Assembly (NCBI RefSeq): GCF_009914755.1
Contig: NC_060948.1
Origin: the human T2T-CHM13v2.0 reference genome, Homo sapiens
DNA length: 64,000 nucleotides
Strand: one strand, 5' to 3'
A program made the translations under genes and the position numbers. Shown piece by piece: positions 53,825-64,000 of the stretch. The notes below the pieces were generated by a model. The model had not been told where the DNA came from, ran no database searches, and saw only the letters and a list, made by a program, of their open reading frames with translations. Positions within the stretch are counted from its first letter, which is position 1, and each line of letters begins with the position of its first letter.

Positions 53825-56800
53825 ATTGACATAAAAGAAATTTATGGCCAAAGGCAACTTTAAGTAAAAGCCATGGATTTGCTAAGAGGAAGAGAAGTAG
53901 TGCTGAAGCACTGGGTTGAAGCTTTTGAATTTTAAGTATGCATGTTTATTTTTGAAACTCAGAATTATGAGAGTAAAAAAATTACTATATATATGCATAT
54001 ATAGTATATATGTATACACAGTAACCGTGATATATATATATATATATATATAATCACAATATTCTAATGTTTATTGCCAAGTAGAGTTCTTCTTTATAAA
54101 GGTGATATCACCTATAATTAGAAAATACAAATTAAGAGGAAAAAACACTAGGGTTTTGCTTTTGACATATTAAATATTAAGATGAAAAAGAGACTGAGAT
54201 GCTATCACCAGCTTACAGTAAGACCAGACAGAAAATTTTGAGAGGCCACCAATACTTGAACAGATCATACATTTTGCAGTTAATTTCAATCCTTCAGTTC
54301 TGATAGTTTTGTTTGTTTATGTCCAGTAACTGAGTTCCATATGTCCAGAACTGAGTTCTACACCTGCAGCTTTTACCAGCTCTATGCTCAACAAAGAAAG
54401 TATGGTAGTCTGACTTTATTTGCATTGGGTGAAATTATTTCTTTTGTGTTATTCACCTTTTTTAAGTGCTCACAAATATTTCATTCTTCAGATCTTACCT
54501 GGGATTGACTGAAAGCTCATCTGTCTGTAGTTTGTGCAATAAGCCTTATTTTCAACTGGGAATGTTTTGTTAATTGACAAAAATAGATATGCCAGGAATC
54601 TTCGTTCATTAAAAAATGTGCCTCCATATTCTTTAATATTGTTTTCTCCCTTCTTTAGATTTGAATTGTTTGATTCTAACCTCTGCCTACCTTACTCTTC
54701 TTTTGGCAATAATGAAAAAGTAAGTTAATCAAGAGAGACAGAAAAAAAAATAAGGAGCAACATTTTGGCAGAGAGTTTATCACTTCCCTACCTCAATTTC
54801 CTCTACTGCTATTTCCTCTTTCTCAGGATACATACAAAATAAATGTAGTTTTTACCTCTCTATGGCCTTCCAGATTGCCAGCAGAGGGAGGTAATACCTA
54901 GAGCCTTTAACTTTCCTTAGAGTAGTCAGTGCTAATAGAGTGGCCCTGTTACTATGTAAGGGAACTTCCCCAACATTTGTGGGCATGCTGCATAAGTCAC
55001 CCTTTATTAAAGGACTCTTAGATGACTTTGTCTGTAGGAGCCATCTGCTTTCTGCCTGGATCCCAACTGCTGCTGACAGATGCACAGATTATTTTGGATG
55101 TTGGGGATGTCATCAACAGGTAGACCAGACAGAGAGCTCCTTCTGTTCATGGTATAGGAGAGAAACAGCTATTTAGGTTAATCTGAGGATTTGAAAGAGT
55201 TCTTTTACTTGGAGTAGGACTCCAAGAGTAATAACGTTTGCAATAAAATGCACTAAATACTTTTGTTCTGAAATTTGAGTGTTAGGACTACTCTGAGATC
55301 ATTAAATAGAATTAATATTATATTTATTGCATGAGTACCAAGAAAAGAAACAACAATGTAAAAGCTGTTTAAATGTTTCTGTTAAATGAAATAAGAAAAC
55401 TTAAGGTAGATAATGACTAGGATTTCTTTTGGCCTTCTTATATCTGGCTCCACTGGCTCATGAAATTGTGGTATTTCAGAAAGAACTGCAGAAAGCAGGA
55501 AATGCTATCATAGCTGAGCATGAGGAGTTCAAAAATCACAGGCCAGCTCTGCAGTACAACTGCAAGATGCAGTGAGTCTTGCTCCTTGCCAGTTCCACTT
55601 TGATACAAATACACTTCTTCAGTATGTAAACTTGGCCCAAGTCACACCTGTGCAAATCAGATTTATTTTAATATCAAACATTACTCCCCCATATAGTAAA
55701 GTTTCTCTTTGTCATCTGAGAAAATTCTCTAGTGATAATATGATCTTATATTCATAATAGCAATAACATGGAGAAGAAAGCAAACACACCTAAATGTAAA
55801 ATTTTCAGAGTGCCAGATTTTTTCCACTGTTATCTCTGGATTCTCACCCTAAGGATTACAAACATTCACCGTGTCTTCTGCCCACATGCCCTAGAATGTT
55901 TTGATATGACTGAAAAAGATGGTGAAATCTGTTAAACCCACCTAGTTTGTGTTCTGTTTGTCATTTTTAAAATAGGGACCCTGTTGTTTACTGGCATAAA
56001 TATTCTCAATTAAAAGAGTACAAACAGGATAAGAAAACGTCTCCTTGTGAAGCAAGCCGTGATTTGTTTTGCAATAATTTCTTTTCTGATTCTGAATCTT
56101 TTCAGAATGAGCATTCTGGGTGGCTGAAGGCCCAGATACTAGATTACAAACTTCCGTAAAAAGTTAAGTATTCAGGTGACCGATTTTGTATTGCAACTGA
56201 AGCAAACTCAGACAGGTTAGAGACATTTTAAATCTATGAATATTTTTCTGTGTGTAAAGCTTCTGATGCTTGTGAAAATGTAATGACCCTAATTTATTGA
56301 ATATTAAGTAATTGTTATGTTAGAGGAAAAGCCACAGAAACATGTGTCATCTTAGAAGTAAAACTCCCTATCCACTTTGGTAATACCATCTGGATCATCA
56401 GCAAAAGTCACTTGTTTCATAGGTGCCTCATGGCTTGGGAGAGCCTTGTGTCTCAAATGGGAAAGGCGTGGTGGTGACATAGAAGTCTCCAGGTTTATCT
56501 TAGAAATTTCTTTTCTATTTGTTACCTCAATGTTAACAGCAGTTCAGTAATTTTATGGATTCCTTGATAGATATATGCACACACGGGAGGAGCAAGGCGG
56601 TTTAGCAAAGAGAACATTGCTCTCAGAATCAGACAACTGTTCTTTTGGATCCCTGTTTTGAAGTTAGTTGTTTAATCTTGGACATGTTACCTTAACTTCA
56701 TTGGGCCTCAGTTTCCTCATTTTTAATGGGGAAAATAATGCCTATTGAGCCATGATGAAAGTGATGAAAGGAGATGGGTTACAACGCAGTGCCTGGGACA

Positions 56801-59032
56801 TAAGAAAACACTCAATAAGTGGTGATTGGTATGATTGGTATGATTTTATTATTGTGTGTTCACTGTGGATACATCTGTGCCCCTTCCTACTTCATAATAA
56901 GGATATTGAAGCTTAGATGCTTTCTTCTTCAGTTGCTTTCAAGCTCAAAGAAAGTGTGTTTGTGTTACCAGTTAACTGGTTTCTCAAACTTGTTCTGACC
57001 CTTCCTCGTTCCCCTTTGCACTTTTTCCTCATAAGTTCCTTGCTCTCTTCTACCAGCACTTGACTTATTTTTAACTCTTTACACATTTCTTCTCCTTTCT
57101 GGTCTCATTTTCCTTTCAGTTCTGTTTGTGAAACTTCTCACAGCTGAAACCATAGTCTCATGTTAATAAAAATAGTTGAATGGGAATAGAACTTTTGCAC
57201 TTGCATGCAATGAGGAGGGCAAGCTTCTTTCTCACAGCTTCATTGGAAGGCATTTCAGGACAGTGAGACACAGGCACTGGCTTTGCCTTAGGAAAGTGCA
57301 GTAGCTCTTGAACCTGCTAACGGTGTGACCCAGGGTCAATAAGCTTTAGTCTCCCATCTATAAAACGGAAGCTGTGAGAATTCCTTGACCACAGTGTTTT
57401 TGTGAATGCAGGTTCTTACTTTTTGTCTGAAACTCATGCCGTATGCTGTGGATTTCACAGCACACGAAATCCACAGCATGTGAATTCTGTAGGACCTGCT
57501 GTAGTGAAATGCATTAGTTATTTTCCAGTCAACTGTATGAATATTCATGCCGGGGCAAATAAAGATAATAAATGGGTTCACGTCATTTCAGGTCATAGTA
57601 TTTAACCAAATGAGTTCATGTCTGGCTAGGCTATGCCCCTAAGTTATGAATAAATTTTCAATTTTCAGAGCTGTGGGGATGTGGAAATTGTGCATAATGG
57701 ATTCTGAAGTTGTACCGTGTTACAAAAGACACATGAAGCTGTAGCTGGTACAATAAGCCCTCAATAAATATTAGTGGTTATCACTACCATGGCATCAGAA
57801 ACTGTTTAATGTGGAAGTTTGTCCTTATTATTGCTCTCTTCAACTTTTCAAAACAGTAATATTCTCAATTACATGAATTTTCTTCTCTTCTGTGTCCACT
57901 CACTTTTGAAATTAGCATTTTGTACTCTGCAGCCCTAGAGAATAAAGTGTACTGTAATCCAAAGCAGCATCTGATCCATCATTCTGTCAGTGGATTAATA
58001 AGTGGCAATATGGTGCCTTGCAATGGTGCTATACATCAGGATTTCTTGAACGATTCTCTTAAACAGAAAAGAGGTATGGTAACATCAAGGATCCCAAATT
58101 TTCCAAATGGAGCTGTGGAGGGTAGTCCTTCCAATTCTGACCTTGAGTTTGTAGTTAATACTAAGCAAGGGTCAAAGAGCTTAAGCAAGAGGCAAAGAGC
58201 TTAAGTAAGAGGACAGACCCTTGGAAAAGGCTTTCAGAAGTTGCTATCTGAGAGTCGTTAACATCATACCAAAAGCCCACTACCAGCAAAGAGCTCACCA
58301 TCTCTGCACTTGCTGAAAGCTTTCAAAAACATTACTTCCAGTTCTCTAGAAAGCCATATATTTGCAGAGGACAGAGTTGTCTCTGAGCAGCCTCAAGTGA
58401 AAAAACTTAAAGATTAAAGGAATGGCACCTGGAAGCACTCATGGGCAGTGCAGTGTTGAGGCTACACAGTGGCATTTCCTCCAGACAAGTCTTCTCTACC
58501 CCTTTTCCGAAAGCAAAAAGGAACCTTAAAGTGAAATGTATCTGGAAGGTTAGCCACCTGGACAAAGCGTTGTGTGCTGCTCTGGAGTTGGGTAGCTACC
58601 CTCCATCTCTCCACCCATGATAGAGGGTTGCTGTGAGAGTCAGCAGGACAGACTGGCAAGGTCTAGTGTCTCCTTTACACACAGAGGTGTTTAGATACTA
58701 AGAGCTGTCTTTCCTTTGCTGCCTGTTACTTTCATGCATTTTATTATTGCCAGTGCAATTAACTTAGGTGTTTGAATCATTAGTTTTGTGGATCTTATGC
58801 ATCATAATTTGCTATTTGCAAGGATAACAATTTATTTTTGAACTAATAGAGCTCTTTAGAAACCGCTTGGTATCTTCATGCACCTGGTAATATTCTTGCC
58901 TTGGTTCCTTCTGAACCTTAGGTCTGGACAGATTACATGTGGGTTCCCCAGTCCTTGTTCTGACAGAATGCCCCAGCAGTCACCCACTGAGTCAAGGCAC
59001 AGCCTCTCCAACCCTCCAGACCAAAAGTTTCG
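53825..59032 (+). pseudogene. OFD1: OFD1 unprocessed pseudogene fragment (OFD1P-Y type); exons 53825-53931, ~55441-55571, 56106-56215, 57933-58548, 58922-59032
   Basis: IDIKEIYGQRQL*VKAMDLLRGRE..VEAFE; EIVVFQKELQKAGNAIIAEHEEF; EHSGWLKAQILDYK..QVTDFVLQLKQTQT; [44 protein letters not shown]; SPSPCSDRMP..SPTESRHSLS all match OFD1. Stops, frameshifts and a lost donor (53932) are present. Confidence 0.93.
58173..58212 (+). repeat. 20-bp tandem duplication frameshifting the large OFD1-like exon
   Basis: caaagagcttaag(c/t)aagagg x2. Confidence 0.92.
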
Positions 59033-59464
59033 GTAAGTACAACTTTCTGATTGATTAGCTTCAGCTGAATCACGTTACTTACTCTGTCAGCCTTCACTTA
59101 TTTTGTTCGTTTTTTTTTTTTTTTAGGTTAATTTTGCAGACCATTTGGCAGTATAGAAGTTAGAATCAGATTGCAAAATGATGTGTGATATTTGAGAATC
59201 ATCTAAATTATGAAGAGAAAAAAGGATGGCTTTTAGCAAATAAGTGGATAATGCATATTTGCTAAACTGGACATGTAGAACATGAGATATGGTATAAATA
59301 AGCATCTTCATAGTTCTGTCAATAGACTCAGTTTATTAAGATAAAAACAAATGTACAAAATATGTGAAAGCAAACAAATGGAGGTTATTTCTAAACTTGG
59401 AAAAATTATACACATCATTAAAAAGTCATTTAAAATATTTTGGCATTGAAATATAAACAGATAC

Positions 59465-59796
<332 letters not shown>

Positions 59797-60015
59797 TAAA
59801 ATTCTCATTTCCATAACATTGCAATAAATTCAAATGTGGCAGTGGACTCTAGAGCGTGATTCTTGAAACACTAAGGAGTGGGTGTTTTTAGGAACTGGAC
59901 TAGTGGGTTACCAAGGCTGTGATTTGAGTCATGAGGAGACTTCTACCCATACATGGGCCCCACAGCAGAGAGAACTGGCTCCACAATTCCAGGCTCAAGC
60001 TTCAGTGTCTGCACT

Positions 60016-63000
60016 GAAAAGAAAAGAAAAATAAATATCTATAACGTCTCTTCTTCTCTGAAACATTAATTATGACTATGTTTCCCAATGCTTGTATTTA
60101 GTAAGATTTGAAGCTTACTGTTTTTTTTTTGTCTTTTCAATGCAGCTACAAGGCTACAAGCTATGCAAGGCTAAAGTTATGCTAACTCAACAGTTATGCT
60201 ATAAATTATGTAACCTGTCATTGTCAAATTAGCTTCTGTAGTTCTGCTTTTGTAATTTGGCTTACAAATATCCCCCTCAGTCTTTGTTCAATGCTCAGCA
60301 TTTTTGGATATAAGTCTGCTGAGCCAGGGCACCTAAATACATCCTCCTATTTCCCCATATGAATCTCTGTGGTCCTCTGCTTCCCACAGCATTATTGGCC
60401 AGTCAGCCAGGAGTGGAGATGACAGGTTTCCTGTCTCCTTTGCCCCTGGGGCTTAAGCCCTGGGTCTCAGGAGTCCTGTGACCCAAGGAGCACCACTGGG
60501 AGAACTTCAGCCTGGAGGGGAGATCAGCCATTTTGTGACCTCGTGCCCCTACCAAGCAGTGCAATGGTACCTAATGGGTTATAGGACGATTCCAGGAACA
60601 GCTCACTTCAGAAACCACAGTAAGGTATTGGGACCCAAGGCAGGACACATCCCACAAGGACCAAAAGGGAGCCTAATCACCTCCTAGGTTATAACCGGTA
60701 ATCCAACCCAGAGGTGCTGCAGGCCGCAAGAGTGGTTCACCAATTCAGAAGAAACTTATACCTCAACCAACACAGCATGTGACAGTGGCTCACTAAATCA
60801 GCTCAGAAGGAAACTGGAGGTGGTGAAAGTGACTCGCCACCCCAACCAGGAACATGAGAACTGGTAGAAGGATGATGTGTGAGTGGTGAGGCCTAACTAG
60901 GCTAATCGGCCATAAAGTGAGGAACCACAAGTCTCTTAGTGAAGAATGTGTTCCAAGCCAAGTGTGGGGCTGATCAAGACTAGTGGTGATCCACATATGG
61001 CTAAAAGAAGCTACCCCACAACTTCAGCAATTGTGTTGGGCTTAAGAAACTCTCCAAAGCTAAGTAGTATCTAAAAACCCCCATAATAGGAGATGGTCTA
61101 ACTGGCTGGAAACAAAGGTAAAAAGTGAGCACGAGTACACTGCATCATAACTGAAAAGAAATGGGAAGAGAGTTGTCACAACATACATCATTCAAATATA
61201 TGCTAAAAAAAACTTTAAGAAAGGGTTTACAGGAAACTATAAAATTAAGCTAACCCTGCAAAGGTAAAAAGCTCTCTGTAAACTAAAATGGCCCCCTTTT
61301 GGTATTAAATAGGTGACCCAAAAAACTATACACATAGAAAGAATTGGTCATGAGTTTGAGGTAATGACAGGGGTCTGAGTATAGCCAGGGTACCCAGACC
61401 AATTTTCTTATATTAACTCATAATTAAATATAATACAAACAAGAACAACATGAATCCAGCCCTGCTTCACAGCTTATTGCAAAACACTTGTAGCGCAGGC
61501 CGAGCCAAAAGTGAAAATAGAAGCAGCTTCACCAGCAAACACTGAGTTAAAAGGAAAGTCCCAAGGACAGAAAGGAAACCCAGTTTTAAAAAACTACAAA
61601 AGGAAAAAAAAATTCTCCTCCATTTTTCATAGCCTACCTCCCTTTGCTGAGGCAAACAGCCCCCCAGGAGCTAGGTTCCATTGCCAGTACACCCCAGGTT
61701 TCACCCCAGAGGGAAGAATTGGAGCCTTGAGAGGCCAGTGATGGAATTCAGGATAGTGAACCAGGCTGCCTCAAATCTGATCATGGTCAAGCTATGTAAA
61801 TACCTCTCAGGGAAATGCAAGGACTCATCTGTTATAATGACCAGTGCCACATCCTGGTGTGGGGGGCAGCAAACCTTCCTCTATCAGCCCTTTTCAACCA
61901 CTAATCTCCTAAATGTAAATCAACACACTAACTCCTACAAGGAAAAGCCCCAAGCTCTCATAAATCTAACACAGTCCACCTTTCTAACACACAATCCAAC
62001 CTGGCTAAATTGAAGATAACTTATCTTAACATTGTTTAACATGGAGGAGTGCCAGAGGATAACTCAGGCATCCCATCAAGGGCTAGAAGCCAATGCACCA
62101 GCTGCAAAAAGTACATGGTTTTGCAGGCACGAATACAACCCAGCTTACAGAAATGGCCACCAAAATGTAGGTTAACCATCACCAGGAAGCAAAGAAAAAA
62201 AAAAAAGCAAATCAGAGGTTTAAAAAAGGCCAATCTCTTAGCAGCAGCTCTCATTAAAAAAATGACTAGCAATATACAAGAATGTGGATGTGCACGTGCA
62301 TGTGAAAGATGTCAATTTAGTCAAAAATTTAAAAGCCAGCCGAGGCTAGAGAGAAAACAATGTGTGTGATGGAAAAGAAAAATACTGAAAGAATAAATGT
62401 CCAGAAGGTAATAAAAAGTATAATCAAGACTGTGGTATAAAAGAGTCCAGCTAAGGGCTGCCTCACTGTGGGAAAACCAAATACGAATCTAAACAGGCTG
62501 GCCGGCACTAAAGGATATGGGTACTAGGACAGACCAGGCTTTTTCTTATTACAACTCCATTGGCCCATGGTCACATTAAAAGTTGAAGGCCAGCTGATGG
62601 ACTTTATGTAAACACCAGGGCTACACATTCAGTACTGACTCAACCCATAGGGCCACTATCTGAAGCTATAAAACTATTATAAAAGCCACAGGAATCTCAG
62701 AGAAAAAAGCTGTTCTGGTAAGGAGGTGTGTCATCAAAGGATGGGAAGTTCAACATAAATTCCTATACCTCCTGAATTGTCCAGTTCCCTTGTTAAGAAA
62801 AAAAAAAATTACTCCAAAAACTGAAAGCACCAATTACATTTCAGCTGCAAAAAAAAAAAAAACAACAACTTTTTTTCTGACTCTCCAAAAAAGCATGGTG
62901 CTAACCCTTATCATCCTGCAGGCTAAGGAATGGAAACTTTATACAAAGAAAGTGCAAGCAGCAAATTAGAATTGCAGGTGGGATAAAAAAAAATTATTTC

Positions 63001-64000
63001 ACTTAGTTAATAACATTTCTGGAGTATGGGTTAAAGGCAACCCACTTGGATTAGCTGTACATCATGCACAGGTGGTAGTCATGTTAAAACCAAAAGAAAC
63101 TCCGACTTGGGTTCATCAGTACCCAGTCCCCTGAGAAGCTATTCCAGGTATCTGTAAATATTTAAACTGGCCTTACCAACATGAAGTCTTAGTTCGATGT
63201 CAATTGCTCTAAAACACTCCACTTTTGGAACATGTGTATTTTAATAAATCTCATTCCAGCAAGTGCTACCTGATTTGCAGTCCTAAATTTAAAGAATGTA
63301 TTCTTTTATATCTGCTTAGCCCCAGTTAGTCACCCTATATTTGCATTTCAATAAAACAAATAAGTTGTTCAACTCACCTGGGCCAGGCTCCCGCAAGTTC
63401 AAAGACTCTCCTACAGTCTTTAGGGAAGCACTGACCTTGAAGCCTACAACCTGCCAAATGTTAACTGTGCCTTGTTGCAGTATGTGGATGACCTTCCTCT
63501 AGCAGCCCCAACCCAGGAGGACTGTTATCAAAAAACTCAAGACCTCCTCCATCTCCTATGAAAAACAGGCTAAAATTATCTTTTAAAAAAGGACCAATTA
63601 TTCTTAAAAATGTCAAATATGTAGGTTTCATAGTAAGCCATGTGGAATGCCAGCTTGGCCATAAGCAGAAACAGGCCGTTTGTACACTCCTGACACAAAC
63701 CACTAGGCATTACATTAAAAAATTCTTAAAAGAAGAAAAATTCCACCATATCTAAATCATAAATTTTTCACTGATGGCTAAGCCATTATATAATATTACA
63801 AAAGGGGTAAAAACGAAACCCTCCTCTGGCAAACTAAACAGCAAATATCATTTAAAAAAATCAAAAAAACCCTTAACTCAAGTCCCAGCCTTTGGTCTGC
63901 CAAATGTAACTTAGCCTTTCTTTCTGTACCTGCATAAATGAAAAGAAATGGCTATGTGGTTCTTAACTGAAATTATAAAATTATAGCATTGTCCAGTCAA
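60016..64000 (+). mobile_element. Class I (gamma-like) endogenous retrovirus: 5' LTR (~60016-60391), Arg-type PBS (~60396-60413), defective gag-pro-pol running off the window
   Basis: PBS-like tggccagtcagccaggag (cf. tggcgagccagccaggag); capsid YQPFSTTNLLN..SYKEKPQALINL..FLTHNPTW; protease MVTLKVEGQ..GATHSVLTQPIGPL; RT NTPLL, LNLKNVFF, QLTWARLPQ, QYVDDL (YVDD at 63481-63492). Subfamily and LTR 5' boundary uncertain. Confidence 0.88.

Overview
Primate (most likely human or great-ape) Y-chromosome ampliconic-type DNA made of decayed testis genes and retroelements; no clearly intact protein-coding gene. (1) Two diverged TSPY pseudogenes on + (~500-2650 and ~21590-23110) lie in a ~4 kb block duplicated ~21.1 kb apart. 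(2) Between them is a complete multi-exon RBMY2-type gene on - (~9020-20700; one RRM, a single SRGY exon), head-to-head with the second TSPY copy. By manual splicing it still gives an uninterrupted ~318-aa ORF. (3) A 9-exon serine-protease-like gene on - (~25000-38600) has a >6.5 kb first exon of 11/22-aa PWTQ repeats followed by two tandem degenerate trypsin-like domains. I identify it as the PRSSLY relic; it carries stops, frameshifts, broken acceptors, an AluY and a sense-oriented HERV-H LTR7 that supplies an in-frame ATG. (4) An AT-rich stretch of old repeats contains a truncated HERV-K HML-3 (MER9 LTR) provirus (~49140-51016). (5) An unprocessed OFD1 pseudogene fragment lies on + (~53825-59032). 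(6) A class I ERV on + runs from ~60016 off the window end and looks G-to-A hypermutated. All identifications come from manual translation and remembered protein/repeat consensus sequences, not database searches. The exact paralog names (possibly the RBMY2FP/TTTY5 neighbourhood of Yq11) cannot be confirmed here.
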